This document shows, in pieces, positions 1 through 8,110 of a DNA stretch of 37,077 nt. How positions within the stretch are numbered: position 1 is the stretch's first letter; the number at the start of each line of letters is the position of its first letter. The DNA is from an uncultured virus (IMG/VR IMGVR_UViG_3300025759_000001). Lineage: Duplodnaviria > Heunggongvirae > Uroviricota > Caudoviricetes > Crassvirales. A program made the translations under genes and the position numbers. Location: the IMG/VR virus record IMGVR_UViG_3300025759_000001; one strand, written 5' to 3'. A model generated the notes under the pieces. It did no database searches. It worked only from the letters and a program-made list of their open reading frames with translations, and was not told where the DNA came from.

Positions 1-756
1 CTTGAATCAGTAGAGATTATAGACAGTGTATACAACCCAACAGGGATATATAAGTACTGTCGAGATTACGCAGATAAAAATGGCAAGCATGTATATGAGG
101 ATAGAGATTTCATTAAGAAGCATAAAGATGGCACAACTAGCACTGAAACAGTGAAGGTGTACTCTCATTATATTCCTAATGATGCCAATCAAGTAAATAT
201 AGTTGTCGTCGATCATATGAGTTTATTAACACCAGAGAAAAACAAAGATACTGGCAATACAATGACTCAACATCAAACCATGGCTAAGTGGAGTACTGAT
301 TATGCTTTAAAGCAGATCACTAAACACTGGAATTGGGCTGTTGTCAATGTTATACAACAAGAACAATCAGGAGAAAGAGAACAATTCACTAATAAAGGTG
401 AAAGTATTCAGAAAAAGACTGAACCCTCACTGGCAGGATTTGCTAATAACAAAGAAATACAGCGTGATGCTAAAGTAATTATAGGTGTGTATTCACCTGA
501 TAGATATGGATTTGAAGATTATCATGGATATGATATAAGAAGATTTAGAGATACATTCAGAGCAGTAGTTATTCTGAAGAATAGATTTGGACCTCCTAAT
601 AAATATCATCACTTCTTATTTGATGGTGCAACTAACAGGTTTGTTGAGTTGCCAGCACCTAATGAATCACATGATTTGCTTAAATTTGAAGCAACAGCTG
701 ATAAATTATTAGGTAGAACTGGCGCGCCTAAACCTAAAAAGAATTTTGGAATATGA
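1..756 (+). CDS. dnaB: Replicative DnaB-family (SF4) helicase, C-terminal part; gene begins upstream of the window
   Basis: Frame is open from base 1 (LESVEIIDSVYNPTGIYKYC...), so the GTG at 151 is not the real start. Walker B-like IVVVDHMSLL, NVIQQ, IQRDAKVIIG and LKNRFG (SF4 arginine-finger motif). Confidence 0.85.
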   Translation, partial: LESVEIIDSVYNPTGIYKYCRDYADKNGKHVYEDRDFIKKHKDGTTSTETVKVYSHYIPNDANQVNIVVVDHMSLLTPEKNKDTGNTMTQHQTMAKWSTDYALKQITKHWNWAVVNVIQQEQSGEREQFTNKGESIQKKTEPSLAGFANNKEIQRDAKVIIGVYSPDRYGFEDYHGYDIRRFRDTFRAVVILKNRFGPPNKYHHFLFDGATNRFVELPAPNESHDLLKFEATADKLLGRTGAPKPKKNFGI

Positions 757-1007
757 TAGGTAATAAAAGAGAATCTGAAGATTATGGAAATCCTGAATTT
801 TTTACATTAGGAGATGACATAGATGATCAAAGAATAAGAAGAGATAGTGTTGTTAAGTATTTTGGCACCACTGATAAAGAGGAAGGATACAAGATAAAAG
901 TATTAGTGTCTACCGGAGACTCAATATCATTTACAAGTCCAGACAAAGATATTATAAAAAGAACACTTGCCAAATTAGACAAGTTATTTAATGTAAATAA
1001 GATATGA
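753..1007 (+). CDS. Hypothetical protein (84 aa)
   Basis: ATGA overlaps with both neighbours; no motif recognised. Confidence 0.7.
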   Translation: MIGNKRESEDYGNPEFFTLGDDIDDQRIRRDSVVKYFGTTDKEEGYKIKVLVSTGDSISFTSPDKDIIKRTLAKLDKLFNVNKI

Positions 1008-1225
1008 ATGAAGAGAGAGAATGTGCAGTGATTGATGAACCTCTTGTGAAAAAGGTTTGTGATAGTTGTGGATCAGATGATATTGAACATAGAAGATGGG
1101 TAAATGTAAACACCTTAGAGATTACAGATGCAGGTATAGAGGGTTGTCAAGACAATTGGTGTAACACCTGTCAATGCAACACAGATCATGTATTAGAAGA
1201 AGATTATATAGAAAGAGAAGATTAA
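1004..1225 (+). CDS. Small acidic putative zinc-ribbon protein (73 aa)
   Basis: CDSC and CNTC pairs; ATGA overlap upstream and TAATG overlap downstream. Confidence 0.7.
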   Translation: MNEERECAVIDEPLVKKVCDSCGSDDIEHRRWVNVNTLEITDAGIEGCQDNWCNTCQCNTDHVLEEDYIERED

Positions 1226-2310
1226 TGTTGACAAAAAAAGAAAGTAAAGTACTAACGCTATATAAAAAAGATAGCAAAGGTAAAATTAGATATCTCACAA
1301 TTGAAGCTCTTGATGATGAGGTTATTCAAAAGAGTGGATTGCAAGGAGGAGCAGAAGTAGTTAATATAAGTAAGTGTTCTGGAAAGAATCTTGGAAGATC
1401 CAATGAAACTTTACCAGAAGAACAAGCTGTATTGGTGGCTAAAGCTAAATATACAAAGAAGCTTAAGGAAGGGTATTTTGTAGCAATTACAGACGCTCTA
1501 AAGAGTGTAGTTATATTGCCAATGCTTGCTAAGGTATTTGAAAAAGAGAAAAATAAAGTAATATACCCTTGTTATGCACAGCCTAAATTAGATGGTATGC
1601 GTGGACTAGGAGATTGTGATCAAAATACACTAACATCTAGATCTGGAAATAATATTGAGACATTGGGACACATCACTGATGCTTTTCCTTTATTAACATC
1701 AATTAATGGATTAGTTTTAGATGGTGAGTTGTATGCTCATGGATTAAGTTTCCAAGAGAACATGCGTATTATTAAAAAGGAAAGACCTGAAACTATTAAT
1801 GTAAAGTATCATGTTTATGACTGTATATCTGATAAGCCTTTTGCTGAAAGATATGAGTTAATAAAGAATATATGTCTTAACAATACAATGTTAGAGCTAG
1901 TTGAGACTATCGAAATAGTTGATGAGGATCAATTAATGAAGTATCATTCTGTTAATATAGCAAGAGGTTACGAAGGAACTATTGTACGTTGGGGTGAAGA
2001 AGAGTATAAACTTAATGGTAGAAGCTCTAATTTATTGAAATTAAAAGACTTTGATGATTTAGCTTTAACTCTTATGGATGTAGAGGTTTCTGAGAAAAGA
2101 CCCACACATGGTAAGCCTATATTCTTTTGGGATGGGGCTGAGAATAACAGATTAGGAGCGGGATTATCAATCTCACACGCAGAAGCTGAAGACTTGCTAG
2201 CCAATAAAGCTGAGCACATCGGTAAAGTATGTGAATTAAGATTCTTTGAATACTCTGACACGGGTGTACCACGCCACCCAGTAATGCATGGATTTAGATT
2301 AGATAAATAA
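1225..2310 (+). CDS. ATP-dependent DNA ligase with N-terminal WGR-like extension
   Basis: PMLA, motif I QPKLDGMR (adenylated Lys), LDGELY, YHVYD, GYEGTIVR, LLKLK, and C-terminal OB-fold PRHPV..FRLDK. Start moved from 1174 to the ATG at 1225, which overlaps the upstream stop (TAATG). Confidence 0.92.
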   Translation: MLTKKESKVLTLYKKDSKGKIRYLTIEALDDEVIQKSGLQGGAEVVNISKCSGKNLGRSNETLPEEQAVLVAKAKYTKKLKEGYFVAITDALKSVVILPMLAKVFEKEKNKVIYPCYAQPKLDGMRGLGDCDQNTLTSRSGNNIETLGHITDAFPLLTSINGLVLDGELYAHGLSFQENMRIIKKERPETINVKYHVYDCISDKPFAERYELIKNICLNNTMLELVETIEIVDEDQLMKYHSVNIARGYEGTIVRWGEEEYKLNGRSSNLLKLKDFDDLALTLMDVEVSEKRPTHGKPIFFWDGAENNRLGAGLSISHAEAEDLLANKAEHIGKVCELRFFEYSDTGVPRHPVMHGFRLDK

Positions 2311-2324
2311 TTAAAAAAAAAGTA

Positions 2325-2612
2325 ATGTTTAAAATTATAACAGAGCAGGAGATCATCACTAGAGAAGTGATTGAAGTAGGAGTGTCCTTATTAGAGTACA
2401 TTGGATACAAGGTTAAACAAACAAGAGAAGAAGCTGATATTAATGTAGCGCAGTTGTCTAGAAGATTAAAAAATTCTGGGTATAACATCTCTGATCGTAC
2501 TATTGGAAAGATTGAAAAAGGAGTTTGCTCTCTAAAAATAGAGGATTTGCAAGCTATTTCAAATTTCTTTGAAGTAAAAATGAGTACATTCTTCCCTGAA
2601 GGAGTACTTTAA
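2325..2612 (+). CDS. XRE/Cro-C1-family helix-turn-helix protein
   Basis: IGYKVKQTREEADINVAQLSRRL...ISDRTIGKIEKG...LKIEDLQAISNFFEV matches the HTH_3 pattern. Confidence 0.85.
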   Translation: MFKIITEQEIITREVIEVGVSLLEYIGYKVKQTREEADINVAQLSRRLKNSGYNISDRTIGKIEKGVCSLKIEDLQAISNFFEVKMSTFFPEGVL

Positions 2613-2938
2613 TGGCAGGTTTAAGATATAATACTGGTAAGCTTAAATGGGGATTAGTATCATGGAAGGCTTTAGAGCCTATGGTACGAGTTCTTATGTT
2701 TGGAGCTGAAAAGTATGATGAACATAATTGGAAAGGAGGCTTAAAGTATACGGAAGTATGTGAAAGCCTTCAACGCCATATTAATTCATTTATAGATGGT
2801 GAAGACAATGATCCAGAGAGTAAATTAACTCACGTTGGACATGTATTATGCAATGCAATGTTTCTGTCTTATATGTTCCTTTTCCGGAAGGATATGGATG
2901 ATAGGTACATTGATAAAAATTTAAATAATGAAGAATAA
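2612..2938 (+). CDS. DUF5664-type dATP/dGTP diphosphohydrolase domain protein
   Basis: GLRYNTGK.KW.L, VLMFGAEKY...NW.GG, SLQRH, DPES.L.H..H..CNAMFL are the family signature. Confidence 0.85.
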   Translation: MAGLRYNTGKLKWGLVSWKALEPMVRVLMFGAEKYDEHNWKGGLKYTEVCESLQRHINSFIDGEDNDPESKLTHVGHVLCNAMFLSYMFLFRKDMDDRYIDKNLNNEE

Positions 2939-3119
2939 GTATACAATACATGTAAGTATGCCTAGCACACAGATTAATGGTGTTATTGAGGCTGATGAGT
3001 ATCTATTTGGCTCAGGAAGATTGAATTTCTATAAAAGAAACTCAGCCGGAATTGGAGTTATAATAGCAAGTTATCCGGCAGAATATACTATTCTTGAAAA
3101 AATAGAAAAGAATGAGTAG
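2928..3119 (+). CDS. Hypothetical protein (63 aa)
   Basis: Overlaps neighbours in the operon; A-rich start context. Confidence 0.65.
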   Translation: MKNKYTIHVSMPSTQINGVIEADEYLFGSGRLNFYKRNSAGIGVIIASYPAEYTILEKIEKNE

Positions 3120-3255
3120 AAGAAGAAAAAAAGATACATTAAATGGGTTTAGGGGAGTACTATTGTTTATGGCATTTTCCTTTACTTTTATTGTTTGTTG
3201 TGGATTTATAACTTTTTTAACTTACATAGCTTACATAGTTAGTAAGATATTATAG
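3112..3255 (+). CDS. Small single-pass membrane protein (47 aa), not in the ORF track
   Basis: Hand-translated: MSRRRKKDTLNGFRGVLLFMAFSFTFIVCCGFITFLTYIAYIVSKIL*. Basic N-terminus followed by a long hydrophobic stretch; fills the gap and overlaps the previous stop. Confidence 0.6.
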   Translation: MSRRRKKDTLNGFRGVLLFMAFSFTFIVCCGFITFLTYIAYIVSKIL

Positions 3256-3303
3256 AAAAGTCACACAGAAAAAAGGATTATAAATTAGGATAATACATTA
3301 AAA

Positions 3304-3609
3304 ATGAGTATATTACAGAAGAAAATAGTAGATATTCCAGAGCCAAAAGCTTATGATTTTTCCGACACAGAAAACGATATAAATTCGTGCGGATTAGAAC
3401 ATAAAACTTTTGGAGAAAGGAATAAAAATCTATTTAATGACTTTGTTGTAGATGCAAGTAAGCAGAATGTGGTAGCATTACTATGTGATAGAATGGAAAA
3501 AACTTTTAATAAAAGAGAGTTAGCATTTCTATTATCAAAACAGACACTAATGGAACACATGAAAGCTCAACAGGATCAAGAACAAGGCAAGAGTGAAAAT
3601 AATAAGTAA
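3304..3609 (+). CDS. Hypothetical protein (101 aa)
   Basis: ORF on the operon strand with A-rich leader; no motif recognised. Confidence 0.7.
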   Translation: MSILQKKIVDIPEPKAYDFSDTENDINSCGLEHKTFGERNKNLFNDFVVDASKQNVVALLCDRMEKTFNKRELAFLLSKQTLMEHMKAQQDQEQGKSENNK

Positions 3610-3628
3610 CTAAAAAAGAAGGAATTAA

Positions 3629-4378
3629 ATGATTTTACCAATGAAGAGGAGGTTTTCAACAAAAAAAGATCCAAACCGTATGCTGATATTCGGAGCACCT
3701 AAGACAGGCAAGACAACAGTTTTGGCTAACTTAGACGACTGTTTAATAGTAGATATGGAAGAGGGGTCAGACTATGTTGACGCCATGGTAGTTAAGATTA
3801 ATAACTTAACTCAATTCAAAGACTTAATGAAGTCTTTAGATGATGCAAAGAAAGCTAATGATGGCAAAATGCCATATCAGTTTATTGCATTAGATACACT
3901 AACTGCATTAGAAGAGATGAGTTTGCCATTGGCAAAGCAACTTTATATGCAAACACCTATGGGAGCAAATTTCGCAGGTAGTGACGTAAGAACCTTAGCT
4001 AATGGAGCTGGGTACTTATACACAAGGGCAGCGTTTTTTAAGATGGTTAAGCCATTTGAGAAGTACTGTGAGACATTGATCATGGTTGGTCATGTCAAAG
4101 AGAAGGACATCACTAAAGGTGGAGACACTTTTACTGAGAAGTCCATCAATTTAACTGGCAAGACTAAGGACATTCTATGTGCTTGGTGTGATAGTATAGG
4201 ATTAATTTACAGAGAGGAGAACAAAACTATAATAGATTTTGCTCCATCAGACAAGTTAATTGTAGGCTCACGTCAAAAACATTTAATTGGACAAAAAGTA
4301 GTTTTAGCAGAAAGTGATGAAGATCACAATTTAACAATAAACTGGAATGCAGTTTTTATAGATAAACAAGAAGAATAA
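3629..4378 (+). CDS. AAA_24/Sak4-like P-loop ATPase (putative single-strand annealing recombinase)
   Basis: Walker A GAPKTGKT, LIVDMEEG, Walker B FIALDTLT, LIMVGH and WCDSIG; located near SSB. Confidence 0.82.
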   Translation: MILPMKRRFSTKKDPNRMLIFGAPKTGKTTVLANLDDCLIVDMEEGSDYVDAMVVKINNLTQFKDLMKSLDDAKKANDGKMPYQFIALDTLTALEEMSLPLAKQLYMQTPMGANFAGSDVRTLANGAGYLYTRAAFFKMVKPFEKYCETLIMVGHVKEKDITKGGDTFTEKSINLTGKTKDILCAWCDSIGLIYREENKTIIDFAPSDKLIVGSRQKHLIGQKVVLAESDEDHNLTINWNAVFIDKQEE

Positions 4379-4971
4379 TGAATATAATATTTGGAACTAA
4401 GAGATTAGGAAAAGTAGATGGGTCTCATGAGGCTTATCAAAAATATGATAACAAAGCGGTAGTAACGCTTGAGGCAGATAGAGGAAAAGGTAGAACGCGT
4501 AGAATCTTATTCAACAAAACAGCAATGGAGCAGTTGAATTTAGATAAAGGAGAGGTACAGTACATATCTTTCGGAACTATTGATTCTGACGAGAATGGAA
4601 ACAGAGCAATAATTATTGCTAATGTTGATATGCTTGTAAATATAGATGACTTGACAACGTACAAGACATCTAAGAATGCAGTAGCATTTGAAGACAGTAA
4701 GGAGAAAGGTAAAGCTATCTCTTCTGCCGCATTAACGAAAGATTTGATTACATTTCTTGACTTAGATGAGAATGAAGGAGTTGAGTATGGTTTAGAGTCT
4801 CTTGATGGGACTGATATCCCTTGCGATGCGTTTAAATTTGTAGCATTAGTACCAGAAGGTCCTATTGCTGTAGTTGAAGAGGCTGACGCTGGTCACGTAA
4901 TGTTAGGATTAGGAGATAGTCCAGACCAATCATTCTTACAAAAAACTGAAGCTGAACCAGTAACAGAGTAA
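4378..4971 (+). CDS. Hypothetical protein (197 aa)
   Basis: TAATG-coupled to the Sak4-like gene; acidic C-terminal half. Confidence 0.75.
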   Translation: MNIIFGTKRLGKVDGSHEAYQKYDNKAVVTLEADRGKGRTRRILFNKTAMEQLNLDKGEVQYISFGTIDSDENGNRAIIIANVDMLVNIDDLTTYKTSKNAVAFEDSKEKGKAISSAALTKDLITFLDLDENEGVEYGLESLDGTDIPCDAFKFVALVPEGPIAVVEEADAGHVMLGLGDSPDQSFLQKTEAEPVTE

Positions 4972-5006
4972 TTGTTCAGCAATAAATAAATAACGAAGGA
5001 GATTTT

Positions 5007-5918
5007 ATGAGTAATTTTGGAAAAGGACAAGAAGTTGGCGAAGGTGGAACAAGAAAATTGTTTACTGGAGCAGAGAATTTTAAAGTAGTAGCAATTAACC
5101 CTACAAAAGCAGAGTTAGAGGCTATATATGGACGTGAGTTAAATTACGATCCAGAATATACCGGTACTACGACAGTGTCCGATGGAGATGGAGAGAGAGA
5201 AGTTAACCAAATTAGGTTAGACTTTTATTTAAGTAACGAAGATGTTAATAATCCTATTAACACTAAAGCATCATTTTATGTTGCTGATACGCATCACAAA
5301 TCACAAACTGGTAAAGTGAAAGTAATCAATGATTACGGACGTACAACTTGGTTAACCAAGGAGGACATAACTAGTGGTGATGCCCCAGCAAATATGACAT
5401 GGTATAGTATGCAAGGCGTTAAGGTAGCTAAAAGAGGTGAAGAAGAAGTAATAGACTTCTTAGTTAATCTTTTAAACTTACCTTTTGATTTAACGAAAGT
5501 TGATGATAAGTCTGATGCTTATGCTAAGATTAGTAAGGAAGAGTGGAAAGCTATATTAGGAGGAGATGTTAGCATCTTTAAAGGAGTATTAGCTTCTACG
5601 AATAACAAGATTGGCGTTGTACTTGGTGTTAAAACTAAGGCTGATGGAGGTCAAATGCAAACCATATTTAGTAGAAAGACTTTACGTCAATATACTTTAC
5701 ATGGTAAGAAAGCTGATAGATTTAAGTGGATTTTGAAAGATATCCATGATGCTAAAGCTAACGGAGCATTTGGTAATGTAGAGTTTGGTGGAGATGACCT
5801 TACTTTACGTGAATTCGTTGTAAAGCCAACTCAATTATCATTAGATAACGCACCAGGTGCTGACGATGCATTCGCAGCTCAGCCAGTGTCTGACGATGAT
5901 GATTGGTTGAATGAGTAG
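5007..5918 (+). CDS. Putative single-stranded DNA-binding protein (crAss-like type)
   Basis: KLFTG...FKVVAINPTKAEL N-terminus, acidic/aromatic C-terminal tail (SDDDDWLNE), and position between the Sak4-like ATPase and primase. Confidence 0.7.
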   Translation: MSNFGKGQEVGEGGTRKLFTGAENFKVVAINPTKAELEAIYGRELNYDPEYTGTTTVSDGDGEREVNQIRLDFYLSNEDVNNPINTKASFYVADTHHKSQTGKVKVINDYGRTTWLTKEDITSGDAPANMTWYSMQGVKVAKRGEEEVIDFLVNLLNLPFDLTKVDDKSDAYAKISKEEWKAILGGDVSIFKGVLASTNNKIGVVLGVKTKADGGQMQTIFSRKTLRQYTLHGKKADRFKWILKDIHDAKANGAFGNVEFGGDDLTLREFVVKPTQLSLDNAPGADDAFAAQPVSDDDDWLNE

Positions 5919-5945
5919 TATTAATTAATTAATTAACCAGGTTAT

Positions 5946-5973
5946 AGAGAGGGTGTTATGCACCCTCTTTTTT
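5946..5973 (+). terminator. Intrinsic terminator after SSB
   Basis: AGAGGGTG-ttatg-CACCCTCT stem-loop followed by a T run. Confidence 0.85.
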
Positions 5974-5992
5974 AACCAATAAAATCAAGTAA

Positions 5993-7033
5993 ATGGGGTT
6001 TAAAAATCATGAACATAAGAAACTCCCAAATCAAAAAGATATTCTTAGTTGTATCACAGATTCCCAGATATTTGAATTTTACCTCGGAGGTATACCAAAT
6101 AGACCTATTAAAAGTCCGTTAAGAGAAGATAAAGTTCCATCGTTTAGTTTATTCTATTCCGATGATCATAAAAGAATCTTCTTTAAAGACTTTGCAACAG
6201 GGGATACAGGTGATGCATTCGTGTTTGTAATGAGGTTGTTAGGTTACAACAGAATTACAGATGTATTTACAAGAATAGCGGCAGATTTCGGATTAACACA
6301 GTTTGAAACAAAAGAAATTCTCAAAGGAAGACAGATAAATTCATTTGTCAGCAAAACTAACATGGTAAAAAAAGTTAGCAAAGAGAGAATTAACATTCAA
6401 ATAAAGGTAAGGCCTTGGAATCTTAAAGACAAAGAGTATTGGCATGGAAAATATGGATTTACTGTAAAACAGTTAGAATACTTAGGTATATTTCCTATTT
6501 CTCATTATTTCATGAACAGTTATTGTAGAATAGCTGATGAATTAGCTTATGCTTTTGTTGAAAGGAAAGATGGATTACAAACCTTTAAAATTTACCAACC
6601 ACTCAATAAGGAATGGAAATGGGTTAATAACAATGACTTTTCCACTTGGGAATTATGGACACAGCTACCTAAAACAGGTAAGAACCTAATTATCACAAGT
6701 AGTAGAAAAGATGCAGGTGTTATTAAGTCATTATACCCCTCTCATTTGCTCACAGCGTGCGCATTACAGAGTGAAAAAACAAATGCTAAAGAAAGTGTAG
6801 TTAATGAATTAAAAGCTCGCTTCGATAACATTTATGTCTTATACGATAATGATTATGACAAGACAAACAACTGGGGAAGAATAGCAGGAAAGAAGTTATG
6901 TGACGAACACAAGCTTATCCAACTAGAGATACCAGAACCAAATGGTACTAAAGACATCTCTGATTTCAGAGAAACATATGGTGCTGATATTACAAAGAAT
7001 CTTATAAAAATGATGATTCAAAACAAAAAATAA
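5993..7033 (+). CDS. dnaG: DnaG-like primase (crAss-like type)
   Basis: Degenerate zinc-ribbon region SPLREDKVPSF...FKDFATGDTGD, KIYQP, TOPRIM-like IITSSRKD and LYDND, C-terminal KDISD. Confidence 0.85.
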   Translation: MGFKNHEHKKLPNQKDILSCITDSQIFEFYLGGIPNRPIKSPLREDKVPSFSLFYSDDHKRIFFKDFATGDTGDAFVFVMRLLGYNRITDVFTRIAADFGLTQFETKEILKGRQINSFVSKTNMVKKVSKERINIQIKVRPWNLKDKEYWHGKYGFTVKQLEYLGIFPISHYFMNSYCRIADELAYAFVERKDGLQTFKIYQPLNKEWKWVNNNDFSTWELWTQLPKTGKNLIITSSRKDAGVIKSLYPSHLLTACALQSEKTNAKESVVNELKARFDNIYVLYDNDYDKTNNWGRIAGKKLCDEHKLIQLEIPEPNGTKDISDFRETYGADITKNLIKMMIQNKK

Positions 7034-7059
7034 ATTTAAAAATTAAAATTAAGAAAACG

Positions 7060-8109
7060 ATGAGTATTAAGAGAACAATCAACACTAACTTATTAAAGAA
7101 GTTAGAGACATTTAGAGTAATGGCTTTAGGAGAGGCAGTAGGTACACCTATCCTTTTGATTGGCCCTCCTGGAGTTGCTAAAACAGCTGCAGTTATTGAT
7201 TACGCGAAAGCGGCAGGAAATGGAAACATTGACGATGCAGATTTATTTTTACTAGAAACTGATGAAGGGACTAGAAGTAATGCAATTAAAGGTAATATTG
7301 ACCTGGAAGAGTTAACGCTTAACCAAAAATATAGAGTAGATTCACCTATTACAAGCGCTAAGTTTGTAGTTATTAATGAGATTGACAAAGCGTCAGCTTC
7401 ATTACGTAACAGTTTATTAGGTATCATGAATGAGAAGATACTATTTAATGGTACAGAGAAGGTGCCATGTGAATGGCAAGCATTCATTGCTACTTGTAAC
7501 AGCATTCCTGATGATGAAGTAGGTTCACCATTCTGGGATAGATTCTTAGTAACGTTCCATGTGAACAGATTACGTCAATCTGACATCCTTGATTACTACG
7601 CTAAAGGTGGTAAAACATTTGGACAGAATCACAATATCAATATCCCTGAGCAAACTGATATTGATGCAATCACAGTTGATCCTATTAAATTAAAGAAAGT
7701 AATAGACTTGATCTATTCTTCTTTGTCTGATAGAAGTTTATCATTTTTACCTACAATCATTAAGAATATTATGGTTGTATGGAATTTCAATGAAGACAGA
7801 GCTATTGTGAAGTGTGTTGAGTTGTTAGTTGACAAGAATGCAGCTAAGACCATTTCTAAATCATTAGTATCTAAAGAGCTTCGTGCTATTTATGATGCAA
7901 TTGATGGAATTGGAGCTTGTATCTCTATGGATGCTTATTCTGCACAGTTCGATAAAGTTGAAGCTCTTTGTGAGCAACAATTTAAAGGAGGCAAGTTATC
8001 TCAAGATGATGTCGATGATATCAAGAACAGAGTTGATGAGCAAGAGGATAAGTTAGAATTCCTTAAGAAAGAGGAAGATGTATTAACTGAAATGGCTAAC
8101 AACATCTAG
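7060..8109 (+). CDS. MoxR/RavA-family AAA+ ATPase
   Basis: LLIGPPGVAKT (Walker A), VVINEIDKAS...RNSLLGIMNEK, IATCN (sensor 1), FWDRF (arginine finger). Confidence 0.88.
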   Translation: MSIKRTINTNLLKKLETFRVMALGEAVGTPILLIGPPGVAKTAAVIDYAKAAGNGNIDDADLFLLETDEGTRSNAIKGNIDLEELTLNQKYRVDSPITSAKFVVINEIDKASASLRNSLLGIMNEKILFNGTEKVPCEWQAFIATCNSIPDDEVGSPFWDRFLVTFHVNRLRQSDILDYYAKGGKTFGQNHNINIPEQTDIDAITVDPIKLKKVIDLIYSSLSDRSLSFLPTIIKNIMVVWNFNEDRAIVKCVELLVDKNAAKTISKSLVSKELRAIYDAIDGIGACISMDAYSAQFDKVEALCEQQFKGGKLSQDDVDDIKNRVDEQEDKLEFLKKEEDVLTEMANNI

Positions 8110-8110
8110 T

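Noticed and set aside
1174..1224. Upstream start for the ligase (MQHRSCIRRR...)
   Set aside because: Lies inside the preceding gene; the ATG at 1225 gives the usual TAATG coupling.
2325..2612. XRE protein as evidence of lysogeny
   Set aside because: No integrase, att site, divergent cro/cI layout or peptidase domain in the window.
5920..5937. (ATTA)n palindromic run after SSB as a replication origin or operator
   Set aside because: Short low-complexity AT run with no iterons or second copy found.
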